From positions 1-64,000 of the IMG/VR virus record IMGVR_UViG_3300042868_010125: a DNA stretch of 64,000 bases; one strand, given 5' to 3'. The notes below the pieces were generated by a model, which saw only the letters and a program-made list of their open reading frames with translations, was not told where the DNA came from and made no database searches. This document shows, piece by piece, positions 19,476-29,958 of this stretch; within the stretch, counting starts at the first letter, position 1; every line of letters starts with the position of its first letter. This DNA is from a virus. Made by a program: the position numbers and the translations under genes.

Positions 19476-19703
19476 GTGTCTTACTCCGTTTCGCGAATCT
19501 ATAATGGAAGTGACCCGCATTAGACACTAAGTTAGCATGGGTGATGTGAAAAGATTTTGGAGAAAGTTGTGTGAGAAAGCAGCCTATTACATAAACAAAT
19601 GCCATTTGAGCCTAATTTACTTGCGTGTTTCAATAAATCTATTATAGAGAAAATACTTCCAATAAAACCTTTAAAACTGCTCTTGCATTTTATTAAAAAG
19701 CGG

Positions 19704-20336
19704 TTAGGGAGATTGAGTTTTTCTTTTGTTTTCCCAGTGGGTTATGTCAATGGGGTAATCAAAATCATCAGTCCAGTCATCTATCTCTGTAAAGAAGTCA
19801 CTCTCGTATTGTGGTTTTAGTTTGTTAAAAAGGTGCCAACCGCCTGCTGTTAGTGGTGCATCAGAGGTCACTATCTCGAGTATGGTTTCTTTAAGTTTTT
19901 CTGAAAAGGAGCCATTAAAGGCTATAGAAAATATTTCCCCCCATGGCTTATCAGTTATTTTGGAGCCTTCCATTCTTAGGAAGAAGGTGAACTCTCTACT
20001 ATCTTTCATAATTGTTTCTACTGCTTCATCTGTGAAGTAGGTGTCTCCGAAGACAAGAATTGTTCTATCCCTTGACCAGACATCCTTTGATGACCAGAAT
20101 TTACCCATGTCTTTGAAGTTAATAGTTTTTAGCGGAACATAGAGAGTGGTTCCATCTATTCTATAAGATTCATCATTGCCAACAATCACTATGTCGTCTG
20201 AGTATTTAGAGAACTGCTTAACAATTCTTTCAAGCAGGACCTCACCTTCTATAACAACTTTATGTTTTTCCGTGCCCCTGTATTTGTTCCAACGCACACC
20301 GTCTCCCGCTGCAAGGATAAGAATACGTACTGACAT
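19704..20336 (-). CDS. Sugar/choline-phosphate nucleotidyltransferase (NTP_transf)
   Basis: ILAAGDGVRW...K...FGDTYF...DFDYP. Confidence 0.8.
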   Translation of the reverse strand: MSVRILILAAGDGVRWNKYRGTEKHKVVIEGEVLLERIVKQFSKYSDDIVIVGNDESYRIDGTTLYVPLKTINFKDMGKFWSSKDVWSRDRTILVFGDTYFTDEAVETIMKDSREFTFFLRMEGSKITDKPWGEIFSIAFNGSFSEKLKETILEIVTSDAPLTAGGWHLFNKLKPQYESDFFTEIDDWTDDFDYPIDITHWENKRKTQSP

Positions 20337-20441
20337 TATGGCTCTTTTCTTTGATTAATTATTTCTAGCCATAGGGAAAGCATCTCTTTTTTGATTGGAC
20401 CACTGTCGAACCATGCTTCTATCTGCTCTTGGCTTATAGAG

Positions 20442-21734
20442 TTACTGATTTTTCTTCTCCCTAAAATCTTCTCCTATAGGTTGATATTCATTTTTTGGGA
20501 CTCCCTTTATGGCATCTATAGAGTGCCTAATCCCTAGGGTGTATAGGCTTTTATCATCATCGCCCATAGCCGTTTCCCAAGCCAAAGCCTTCTGACCTAG
20601 TTCATCTACCAAGGACTTTTCCCAGTTGGTGAAGGCTTCATCTATAAACTTAATTAGTTCTGGAACTGCTGAGGCTTCTATAGTTTTTGAGTAAACCATA
20701 GACTGGAGGTGTTCTGCATACATTTTTCTGAAGTTTCTTTCTTTATCCATTAGAGGTTCTCTTTACAGGAGACACAGAGGAAGACATCGTATCCAGTTGG
20801 CTCTGTTGCATAGAAACCATTTTGGGTAACTAGACAAGGAACTACTTGATCGGTTGAACCGCACTTGGTTCCGTTCTTTTGGTAGTCACATGATGGTGGC
20901 TCTATCCAAGAAATATCAGCATCAAGTTCTATGGCTTTTCTAAACCCTTGCATCAAAGCATGAGCAGAACCTGACCCTAGGCTTTTTCTCATAAAGGGTC
21001 TCACATTAGAACAAGTCAAAACAGGTCTGACCGCTTTACATGGACAAGCCATTCTAGAAGGCTTACATAGGACATAACCATTTACAGCAGTATGTTTATT
21101 CATGCTATGACCGCAGATACATACTCGGCTATCTTTTGGGGCTTCTTTCAATAAAGCAGCACCAACATCTTGTAACTCTTCTAACTCAATACCAGTCATG
21201 GCTAGAGCATCTATAGATGATTGCTTCATTGGGTATCCCTTCTCAATCTCTCGATAATCTCATTGAACTCTTCTTCGGTTTTTATCTTGGTATTTACATA
21301 GTCAAGGAACTCTTCTATTGCCCTTTTCTTTTTCATGCTCTTTACCAAGGAATCGGTTGCAACCACAAAATAGACTCCCACAACTACCATGAGAAACACG
21401 ACCAGCAAATCTGTGTATGTCAAAGTCAGGTTCATAGGGCTGTACTCTCTCCTATAAATTTTTTCTCTATTAGGTGGGATATCACAGCAGAAGCATCTGC
21501 AACCGCTATCTCAACCCACTGCTCGTAATCATTTTTATCTTTAGGTGGGTGATTTGGAAACCATCTAGCAAGTAAAGCAAGTGATGCTTCTTCAACTAAA
21601 AAGTCAAAAGTTTCTGGCGAAACAGCATCTTTTTCCCCTTCACCTTCAATTAATGTAAGGTGTTCTTTATCTTTGTCGTTTGTCATTTTTGTCCTTTTTT
21701 CGAAGTTGGTAAGAACCTCTGTCACTATTTCCAT
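20442..21734 (-). CDS. Four coupled hypothetical genes, including a Cys-rich protein (20750-21229)
   Basis: Overlapping ORFs 21432-21734, 21226-21435, 20750-21229, 20442-20750. Confidence 0.6.
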
Positions 21735-22112
21735 TATATAATACTCCCTCTTTTTTCTATAGTCTAATCCACCAGAAACATCTATTGAATATAGACTTTT
21801 AACTATTCACTATTAACTATAGCATATAAAAACAACATAATGACTATACTCAACTATTTTTCCCTAACGCGTTATGCATATATTCTGTAAGGTTCCGTAT
21901 TAATACTTAAGAATACACATTATGTCGTATAGTGTAATAGTCGGATGGACTAAAAAATTCATTTATAAAATGGAAAAAGTTGTCCATAATTCACTGATTT
22001 GACAGGAAATCGGACATATAGTAGTGTCACTAAAAATCACAGTTTTTTGCCCATTTTTAGGGCTTTTCATTATAGAATATCGACCTAAAGTCTATACCAA
22101 TACTTTAGACTT

Positions 22113-22146
22113 TTAATAGCCCGTTTTGACTTTCACGGGCTATTAA
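22113..22146. repeat. Perfect 12-bp inverted repeat in an AT-rich non-coding gap
   Basis: TTAATAGCCCGT-10 nt-ACGGGCTATTAA. Confidence 0.75.
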
Positions 22147-22264
22147 CAGGCATTAAAAAAGCCTTACAAACCCCACTTGATGAAGCACTCTAGAATAAAC
22201 TTATACATCTCTAAATCTAATAAATACCATTGCAACTGCCAATATATGTCAACCATTTGTTCTC

Positions 22265-22924
22265 CTATTCAACTACGTAGATTGTCTCTTTATGATGCTT
22301 TACCTTCACTGTAGGGTCTACCCAAATTTTAAACCCAACATCTTTAGCCCCCTCACACCAGGAGTAATCTTCACCCATATTTACAGAAAAGTCAACATCA
22401 TCCCACTCGACTTCTCTAATCTTAAACCAAGGTCTCTTCATTTTCTCGAAGACACCATACTTCATCCCTACAAATCCAAAACCAACTCCACCCACCTCGA
22501 CAGGTTCCCAGTGAAGTAAAAAGTCGACTTTATTAACTTTTGTTGGTCTACCCTTAGGGTCCGTCAGATTTACCGCAACCGTTCCGTTAGGGTGCGTTTG
22601 GTATACCCCAGAGACGACATCTAACTCAGAATCATAGATTTTTATAAAGTCTTCAGGGGTCCACTCAATATCTGAATCTATCCAGATTATCTTCTTGTAA
22701 CTTATCTTCCCCCCACACAACTCCCTACTCTGCCAATCATGCGAGTAGGAATCAGTAGCCGTTAACTCTCTGGCACTTGGAACAAATGAAGAGTACTTGC
22801 TCAAAAAGTAGTATGAAATACCCTTTTCATTTAATACCTTAGTTGTCTCTACCAAACTCCTGACATACTCCTGCTTGAACATGGAGCCAGGGGTAGCAAT
22901 TAAAACGTCATAGTGTGTTTTCAC
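22265..22924 (-). CDS. GT-A fold glycosyltransferase (GT2-like)
   Basis: WIDSD (DxD), GFGF, GEDYSWC, WVDPTV..H. Confidence 0.8.
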   Translation of the reverse strand: MKTHYDVLIATPGSMFKQEYVRSLVETTKVLNEKGISYYFLSKYSSFVPSARELTATDSYSHDWQSRELCGGKISYKKIIWIDSDIEWTPEDFIKIYDSELDVVSGVYQTHPNGTVAVNLTDPKGRPTKVNKVDFLLHWEPVEVGGVGFGFVGMKYGVFEKMKRPWFKIREVEWDDVDFSVNMGEDYSWCEGAKDVGFKIWVDPTVKVKHHKETIYVVE

Positions 22925-23306
22925 ACTCTTACAATATCACCGCTGCTAGTCTTATTCCATGCCTAACGCGCCCCAGAAAATACGTTGCGATTGGGATAAC
23001 TGCCCCTCACACACAAGAATCAACGTTAGGGGTAAGGACTTCATAACAATTATTTGGGCTAAGCAGGTTAGGTACTTCCACTCCACAGATTGCCTTGCTT
23101 TGTGGGCAGCCAGTTTTCCGATAGGATACGTCTCCACGGGAGCAGAGATTGGAGAATCAGATGCCCTTGATTAAAAAGTTAAAAACTTTTTCTTTTACCT
23201 ATCCAGTATTTGTTAGAGATAGAAGTAGAACTTTAGTTAAATTTACTTGCTCCCACTGCTCAAAAAAATATGCCTCAACTAGGGAAAACATACGTGTAAC
23301 TAATCT

Positions 23307-23854
23307 ATGTTTGGAGTGCAGATGATGGACAAGAAAACTATAAGAAAGTCCACCCAATACATAAACTTTTTAGTTGAACAACTTTTAGAGATGCGTGGCT
23401 ACTCTAAAAATGACGAACCTCAACATAAAAAAATAAAAAAAGAATTAGAAGAAGTTTTCTCACTATTAGAGATAGAACTTATTCTCTGCGGAAACTGCGA
23501 AGAAGACGATCTTTTTATACCTACACACAGTTGTAGAATAGATGCAGTAGAGTTAAAAACAGAAAGCATAAAATAAGAGTAGGGTTCAACTAAAGGTTTA
23601 GGCTGCTATAGGAATAGGAGTTGTTTATGACATATGAAGGTTCTCTATACTGGAGCAATTACGACTCTGTAAAAGATATTATAGAATACGAACTTAGAAT
23701 GAAAATGTACTCCCTCATTGAAGAAGAGATGAAGAAAGCAGTTGCTTTAGGACTGCCACATACGTACATAGATGGCATGGACTATATAAAAACACTATTG
23801 TTAGACACCCATAAGGAAAAAGAGGATACGGTTTCACAACCTACCCTTCTCTAA
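23307..23854 (+). CDS. Two hypothetical genes (23307-23576, 23621-23854)
   Basis: ORF track. Confidence 0.5.
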
Positions 23855-23932
23855 TTTGCTGTAAGATTTGCGTCTAGGGTTTCACTTTAGATAAGTTTAA
23901 TTATTCGTACATTCACATAGAGGAGTTTTTTC

Positions 23933-25975
23933 ATGTCTGTTGCTTTCTCATTTCATCTTTCAGAAGATTTCGTAAATGGTTATAAAAGCAAAAAAGCGCC
24001 ATTTGGTTATCGAGATGCAGCAGGAAACTCAGTCGGAGAAATTACATTCTTACGCACATACTCACGCTTAAAAGAAGATGGAACCAAAGAGACATGGGTT
24101 GATGTTTGCGAACGAGTTATTAATGGAATGTACTCTTTACAAAAAGACCACGCGAAAACTAATCGACTACCTTGGTCTGATACTAAAGCCGCAGCTTCTG
24201 CTAAAGAAGCATTTGAGCGTTTGTTTGAATTGAAGTGGTCACCACCAGGACGCGGACTTTGGGTAATGGGAACTCCTATTGTTATGGCGCAACGTAACTC
24301 TGCAGCGTTACAAAACTGCGCTTTCGTTTCAACAAAAGAAATGACAAAAGCAGATCCGTCACGACCATTTACATTTTTAATGGAAGCATCAATGCTTGGC
24401 GTTGGCGTTGGCTTTGATGACAAAGGTGCTGACAAAGATTTCCAAATCTATGAACCACAAGGAGAAGAAACATATGTCGTCCCAGATACCAGAGAAGGTT
24501 GGGTTAAGTCACTTGAAATCATCATCAATGCCTACCTCAGAGCAGATCAGAAGAATCCAGTATTTGATTACAAAGAAATCCGCCCAGCAGGTACTCCAAT
24601 TAAAACATTCGGAGGAACAGCAGCAGGACACGAACCGTTAGAGCGTTTACACAAACACATAACTAAATTATTTGCAGGACGCTCTGGAGAAAAAGTAACT
24701 CGCAGAGATATTGCTGATATTGGAAACATGATTGGCGTTTGCGTTGTTAGCGGAAACGTTCGACGCTCTGCTGAACTTCTTATTGGTCGCATTGACGATA
24801 AAGATTTCCTCAACTTAAAGAATGCAGAGATTTATCCAGAGCGTAACTCTTACGACCCAGCATCTCCTGGTTGGGCGTGGATGTCTAACAACTCAGTTGA
24901 AGCATATGTTGGCGCTGACTTAGACCCTATTGTTGAAGGCATTGCTCGTAATGGAGAGCCAGGAGTTGTTTGGCTAGATGTATCTCGTCAATACGGACGT
25001 CTGGTTGACCCACCTAACAATAAAGATTATCGCGTTGAAGGTTATAACCCTTGCGCTGAACAATCACTGGAGTCTTACGAAATGTGTACTCTTGTTGAAA
25101 CATATCTCAACCGTCACGACTCATTAGAAGATTACAAACGCACTCTTAAGTTTGCTTATCTTTACGCAAAAACTGTAACACTTCTACCAACTCACTGGTC
25201 GGAGACAAATGGAATTATGCAACGTAATCGCCGTATCGGAACCTCGATGTCAGGCGTTGCTAACTTTGCAGATAACCGTGGTCTTCCAACTTTAAGAGAA
25301 TGGATGGACGAAGGTTATAAGACAATTAAGTACTATGACACCACCTACTCTGAATGGCTTGGCATACGCGAGTCAATCAAGACAACTACTGTTAAACCGT
25401 CTGGAACAGTTTCTATTCTCGCAGGTGAATCACCTGGCGTTCATTGGACTCCTGGTGGTAAGTATTTTATGCGTACTATTCGTTTTGGTAATTCTGACCC
25501 TATGTTGCCTTTATTTAAGATGGCTAATTATAAAGTTGAACCAGCGTCGGAGAATCCAGAAACAACTTCGGTTGTTTACTTTCCTATCAAGTCTGAATCA
25601 AAGCGGGCTGAGAAAGACGTCTCAATCTACGAAAAGATGGCGCTAGCAGCATATGCACAACGCTACTGGTCTGATAACTCTGTCTCTGTAACTATCTCCT
25701 TTAATCCTGAAACAGAGTCCGAAGCAGTAGGAACAGTCTTGCATCTTTATGATGGTCAACTAAAGACAGTCTCATTCCTACCGTCAGGTAATTTTACATA
25801 TCCACAAATGCCTTATACACAAATTACCGAGAAAGAGTATGAGGACGAGGGAACTTTACGTCTATTTCCTATTGACTTCTCTGGCGTGTATGCTGGTATG
25901 GCTGCTGATGCAATTGGTGAGGCTTACTGCACCACAGACGCATGCGAGGTGAAACTAATTAAGGAGAATCAATGA
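23933..25975 (+). CDS. nrdJ: Class II (adenosylcobalamin-dependent) ribonucleotide reductase, monomeric RTPR type
   Basis: RTYSR, PPGRGLW, NCAF, GNVRRSA, NPCAEQ, TTVKPSGTVS, C-terminal CTTDAC. Confidence 0.95.
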   Translation: MSVAFSFHLSEDFVNGYKSKKAPFGYRDAAGNSVGEITFLRTYSRLKEDGTKETWVDVCERVINGMYSLQKDHAKTNRLPWSDTKAAASAKEAFERLFELKWSPPGRGLWVMGTPIVMAQRNSAALQNCAFVSTKEMTKADPSRPFTFLMEASMLGVGVGFDDKGADKDFQIYEPQGEETYVVPDTREGWVKSLEIIINAYLRADQKNPVFDYKEIRPAGTPIKTFGGTAAGHEPLERLHKHITKLFAGRSGEKVTRRDIADIGNMIGVCVVSGNVRRSAELLIGRIDDKDFLNLKNAEIYPERNSYDPASPGWAWMSNNSVEAYVGADLDPIVEGIARNGEPGVVWLDVSRQYGRLVDPPNNKDYRVEGYNPCAEQSLESYEMCTLVETYLNRHDSLEDYKRTLKFAYLYAKTVTLLPTHWSETNGIMQRNRRIGTSMSGVANFADNRGLPTLREWMDEGYKTIKYYDTTYSEWLGIRESIKTTTVKPSGTVSILAGESPGVHWTPGGKYFMRTIRFGNSDPMLPLFKMANYKVEPASENPETTSVVYFPIKSESKRAEKDVSIYEKMALAAYAQRYWSDNSVSVTISFNPETESEAVGTVLHLYDGQLKTVSFLPSGNFTYPQMPYTQITEKEYEDEGTLRLFPIDFSGVYAGMAADAIGEAYCTTDACEVKLIKENQ

Positions 25976-26424
25976 AAAAGGGATTAACACCTTTTGTAAT
26001 TGTTTTTCTTTTTTTAACTGGTTTTATATTTTTAAATAAACCTAACGACACCTGCGTCAATCTTTATGTTGATTATGGTTCATTAGACAATAAAGCCGTA
26101 TCAACAGAGTGCATTACTGTTTCTAACAAAACAAATGCTTTAGATATTTTAGATAGAGCCGAATATAAAATAGAAGGCACTCAAAAATATGGAAATGCTA
26201 TTGTTTGTAGAGTTAATGGGTTTCCAGATAAAACAGTCGAGTCTTGTGAAATTATGCCACCAGAAAAGGCTTTTTGGGCGGTGATTATAAAAAAGAAAGA
26301 AATATTTCCACTACTTAGTTCCGATTGGGGTTGGGCGCAAAAAGGTATAAATGAAACATATTTATCACCAGGTGACTCTTTAGGTTTAGTATTTTCAACA
26401 AACGGAGAAGTTAGATGGCCTTAA
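25972..26424 (+). CDS. Membrane-anchored SCO2322/DUF4430-like putative cobalamin-binding protein
   Basis: N-terminal TM; VDYG, VCRVNGFP, C..MPP..AFW, W.WAQKG, PGDSLG. Confidence 0.55.
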   Translation: MKKGLTPFVIVFLFLTGFIFLNKPNDTCVNLYVDYGSLDNKAVSTECITVSNKTNALDILDRAEYKIEGTQKYGNAIVCRVNGFPDKTVESCEIMPPEKAFWAVIIKKKEIFPLLSSDWGWAQKGINETYLSPGDSLGLVFSTNGEVRWP

Positions 26425-26555
26425 AAACTTTAAATAAAAATACTAAAAATAAAGTCTCTGTTAAAACTCTTTTTCAATTAGCAATAACTTTATTTTCTTT
26501 ATATGTAGCCAACAAAATTAGTGTCGATGTTTGGCGCTCAATGACTGGACACTAA
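26415..26555 (+). CDS. 46-aa single-TM peptide
   Basis: MALKTLNKNTKNKVSVKTLFQLAITLFSLYVANKISVDVWRSMTGH; overlaps the upstream gene and is TAATG-coupled to pduO. Confidence 0.55.
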   Translation: MALKTLNKNTKNKVSVKTLFQLAITLFSLYVANKISVDVWRSMTGH

Positions 26556-27142
26556 TGGTTCGTCTAACTCGTATTTACACAAAGACAGGTGATGACGGAA
26601 CTACAGCACTTGGTGACAATTCTCGTACATCTAAAAACGACCCACGCTTAGAAGCATTCGCAACCGTTGATGAAGCAAACTCAAATATTGGTGTAGTAGT
26701 TTCTACCGCACTCGAGTCAGAAATAAGTAAACTACTTACAGTAATACAAAACGACTTATTTGATGTTGGTGCTGACCTATGTACTCCAGTTGTTGATAGT
26801 CCAGAGTATGAACCTTTAAGAATTACAGAAGAGCAAATAACTTGGTTAGAGTCCATGATTGATAAATACAACGCATCCCTTGCTCCACTTCAATCATTTG
26901 TACTTCCATCTGGCACCCCAACGAGTGCTCAGTTGCATGTTGCTAGGACAGTTGTTCGTAGGGCAGAGCGAGAGACTTGGAGAGCAATCAGTCAGTTTGG
27001 AGCAGGAGTAAATCCTCTTACAGCCAAATACCTTAATCGCCTATCTGATTTATTATTCGTACTTGCCAGATGGTCTAATCAAGAAGTCGGCGATATTCTT
27101 TGGATGCCAGGAAAGAATCGCAACACAGATTCGACACTCTAG
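26555..27142 (+). CDS. pduO: PduO-type ATP:cob(I)alamin adenosyltransferase
   Basis: RIYTKTGDDGTT, VDEANS, QNDLFDVGADL, FVLP, RTVVRRAER, YLNRLSDLLF. Confidence 0.95.
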   Translation: MVRLTRIYTKTGDDGTTALGDNSRTSKNDPRLEAFATVDEANSNIGVVVSTALESEISKLLTVIQNDLFDVGADLCTPVVDSPEYEPLRITEEQITWLESMIDKYNASLAPLQSFVLPSGTPTSAQLHVARTVVRRAERETWRAISQFGAGVNPLTAKYLNRLSDLLFVLARWSNQEVGDILWMPGKNRNTDSTL

Positions 27143-27259
27143 AGTTTTTTCACATTACTTACTCACTAAGCATGTATGCTTTTCCAAACGCTAATGCAAC
27201 CTAGCCCTCACGCAGAGTCACGGCTGCAAGTGAGGTACGACTAATTAAGGAGAATTCAA

Positions 27260-27367
27260 ATGGCTAACAAAGAACAAAAAGAACCTACTAAAAAGAAGAA
27301 GCCTGCACAATCAACTCTTAAAGAAAAGCGTGCAGTAAAAGTTAAGAAGAAGACAAAAGTTAAGTAA
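27260..27367 (+). CDS. 35-aa Lys-rich peptide
   Basis: AAGGAG RBS; MANKEQKEPTKKKK...; TAATG-coupled to speD. Confidence 0.55.
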   Translation: MANKEQKEPTKKKKPAQSTLKEKRAVKVKKKTKVK

Positions 27368-27750
27368 TGTCTGTCGAACACAAACATATACTTATCAACG
27401 CTAGAGTAAATAATTCTTTAGCAAGTACAGAAGACGCGGTATCTTTTCTTAAAGATTTGGTTGATAGAGTAGGAATGAAAATTCTTATGGGACCTCACGC
27501 GACTTATGTAGACGCACCTGGTAACAGAGGCGTTACAGCAATTGTTGGTATAGAAACCAGTCATATTGCTTTCCACGTCTGGGATGAGGAATCCCCAGCA
27601 AGGCTTCAGTTTGACCTCTATACCTGCGGTTCCCTAGATAAAGATGTAGTAATAGGGGCAGTTAAAGAGCGTTTTGAGTTAGTTAGTGCTGACTACAGAA
27701 TGTATGACAGAGAGCATGGCTTCGTCCTTCTAGAAGAGGGAACTCTTTAA
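27367..27750 (+). CDS. speD: S-adenosylmethionine decarboxylase proenzyme
   Basis: GVT...ETSHIAFHVW...DLYTCG (pyruvoyl SH motif). Confidence 0.85.
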   Translation: MSVEHKHILINARVNNSLASTEDAVSFLKDLVDRVGMKILMGPHATYVDAPGNRGVTAIVGIETSHIAFHVWDEESPARLQFDLYTCGSLDKDVVIGAVKERFELVSADYRMYDREHGFVLLEEGTL

Positions 27751-27813
27751 ACTTCATAAAATCACTCTTTCCTTCCGCTTGTACAATAGTGTTTTAAGTG
27801 GAAGGAAAGACTG

Positions 27814-28038
27814 ATGTCCAAAGTCAAATTTCTAGTAGGCATTGCTTTGAGCGCCCTACTGTTATCTAGTTGTGGGTATCAGGGTTTCTATAGATATCCT
27901 TGTCAAAACCCAGAAAATTGGAAAAATGCTGAATGCAATCCTCCAATCTGCGAAGCATCTGGAACATGCACAAAAGACACACTTGAAATAAATCCAAATT
28001 CAGACGTAGATACAACAGGGGGAACAAGCAATGGCTAG
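27814..28038 (+). CDS. Small Cys-rich lipoprotein
   Basis: Lipobox LSSC. Confidence 0.7.
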   Translation: MSKVKFLVGIALSALLLSSCGYQGFYRYPCQNPENWKNAECNPPICEASGTCTKDTLEINPNSDVDTTGGTSNG

Positions 28039-28438
28039 ACAAAAACTAACGCCACAAGATTTAGATGCACGCTTAAAATTTATTTTAGGCATTACATTAG
28101 GTTCAATTCTATTCCTTACATCAGTAGGAATTCTGTATGGTCTTTTATTTGTTAGCCAGCCAATCGGAACTCAATCAGAGAACGACAAAATGTTCTTTAA
28201 CGTTCTTGGCTCAGTTGCAACATTTATTACAGGAACTCTTGCAGGTCTTTTGATTGGCAACTCTGGTGCTAAAGACATTATGTCTGCCCAACTTGCTAAC
28301 AAAGAGATGGATGCAAAAAACACTCAGGCAGATAAAAAACTTGAAGCAGAAATTGATGCAACCGCTGCACGTCTAGCGGCTAAACCAGATGGCGCAATGC
28401 CAGAAGAACAACCAGTTGATACAGATTGGGATAAATAA
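28031..28438 (+). CDS. Two-TM membrane protein (holin-like)
   Basis: Two TM helices; next to the lysin. Confidence 0.55.
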   Translation: MARQKLTPQDLDARLKFILGITLGSILFLTSVGILYGLLFVSQPIGTQSENDKMFFNVLGSVATFITGTLAGLLIGNSGAKDIMSAQLANKEMDAKNTQADKKLEAEIDATAARLAAKPDGAMPEEQPVDTDWDK

Positions 28439-28516
28439 TATGTGTGCAACATGCGGATGTGGACGTGGTATTCCAAAACCAAAACCAACAAAAAAGCCTA
28501 AGGGAGGTATGTAGTA

Positions 28517-29107
28517 ATGGCAGAGCAAGGAACAGCAGCTCGTTTAATTGAAGTTGCTACAGCCGAACTAGGAACTATTGAAGGTCCTAAAGATAACGAA
28601 ACAAAGTATGGCGCTTTTATGAAGGCTAACTTTCAACCATGGTGCGGAAGTTTTGTTAACTGGTGTGCAAACGAAGCAGAGGTAAAAGTTCCTAATACTG
28701 TTTACACTCCAGGTGGTGCAGCAGCATTTAAGAAAAAAGGCGCATGGATTGATGGAGACATTGCAGATCCAGAACCAGGAGATATTGCCTATTTTGATTT
28801 TCCATCAGATGGTGTTGACCGGATTAGTCACGTTGGAATTGTTGTAAAAGATAATGAAGATGGAACCGTTTGGTGTATTGAAGGAAATACATCTTCAAAA
28901 AAATCTGGAAGCCAAAGAAATGGCGGAGAAGTTTGTAAGCAACTTCGTGCTTTTAAAAAGAACAAGGCTGGCGTAATGATTTCAATTGTTGGTTTTGGTC
29001 GTCCTAAGTTTAAGGGTGCAGGAGCCGCAGCATCAGCACCAGCATCAGCACCAGTTTCAAAATCAACAAGTAAAAAAGTAACTAAGTGCCCGACTTGTGG
29101 TAAATAG
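28517..29107 (+). CDS. CHAP-domain endolysin
   Basis: PWCGSFV, SHVGIV, IEGNT. Confidence 0.85.
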   Translation: MAEQGTAARLIEVATAELGTIEGPKDNETKYGAFMKANFQPWCGSFVNWCANEAEVKVPNTVYTPGGAAAFKKKGAWIDGDIADPEPGDIAYFDFPSDGVDRISHVGIVVKDNEDGTVWCIEGNTSSKKSGSQRNGGEVCKQLRAFKKNKAGVMISIVGFGRPKFKGAGAAASAPASAPVSKSTSKKVTKCPTCGK

Positions 29108-29222
29108 TGACGAAGAACGTATTAAGCCTTGGCTATGTGCTTTGTGCAAAAAACGTTACGTTGTCCAAAATTTAGCACGTATGTGTGAACAAAAACATCT
29201 AGAGGAAGAGTATTCATAAATT

Positions 29223-29630
29223 ATGTACGAGTATCGCGTAAAAAAAGTTTCTAATGTAGTTGATGGAGACACGATTGATGTTGACATTGATTTAGGTTTT
29301 AACATTGCTTACTCTCAGAGAGTACGTCTTGCTGGTATTGATACCCCAGAATCTCGCACTACAGATAAAAAAGAAAAGGCTTTAGGACTTGAATCTAAGC
29401 AAAGACTAAAGGATATTCTTGCTAAAGCATCTGTCGTTGTTATTCGTACTCAGAAGCCAGACTCTACTGAAAAGTATGGTCGTGTTCTTGGTTGGCTTTT
29501 TGTTGATGGAGCAGAGCAATCTGTCAATGAAGCACTCATTGCTGATGGATACGCTTGGGGCTACATGGGAGAAACTAAAATTAAAGACTTTGCACTACTA
29601 GAGTCAAAACGTAAACAATCAGGTAAATAA
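29223..29630 (+). CDS. Thermonuclease (SNase-like)
   Basis: VVDGDT, RLAGIDTPE, KYGRVL. Confidence 0.9.
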   Translation: MYEYRVKKVSNVVDGDTIDVDIDLGFNIAYSQRVRLAGIDTPESRTTDKKEKALGLESKQRLKDILAKASVVVIRTQKPDSTEKYGRVLGWLFVDGAEQSVNEALIADGYAWGYMGETKIKDFALLESKRKQSGK

Positions 29631-29665
29631 TAAAAAGTAAAGTAAACATTAAATAAATTTATATT

Positions 29666-29848
29666 ATGGCTACATACGAATACGTCTGCGAAACAGGGCA
29701 TAGAGTCATTCAAGAAAGATCTATGAATGAAGAACAAACAGACTTTTTATGCTCTGCTCCTGAATGTCAAGCGCAGTTAAAAAGAGTTTATTCAACACCT
29801 GGAGTTATGTTTAAAGGAAGTGGCTTTTACTCTACTGGAGGACGCTAG
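29666..29848 (+). CDS. FmdB-like zinc ribbon protein
   Basis: TYEYVC...C..C...FKGSGFYST. Confidence 0.8.
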   Translation: MATYEYVCETGHRVIQERSMNEEQTDFLCSAPECQAQLKRVYSTPGVMFKGSGFYSTGGR

Positions 29849-29860
29849 AATACTGTTCTT

Positions 29861-29934
29861 GCGAATGTAGTTCAATGGTAGAACTTCTGCCTTCCAAGCA
29901 GATAGTGAGAGTTCGATTCTCTCCATTCGCTCCA
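29861..29934 (+). tRNA. tRNA-Gly (UCC), CCA encoded
   Basis: Acceptor stem GCGAATG/CATTCGC, anticodon arm TCTGC-CTTCCAA-GCAGA, GTTCGA T-loop. Confidence 0.95.
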
Positions 29935-29958
29935 TTAAATAAGAGATAAACTTTACCT

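Noticed and set aside
23855-23932. Cobalamin riboswitch upstream of nrdJ
   Set aside because: The gap is about 80 nt, AT-rich, and lacks a B12 box.
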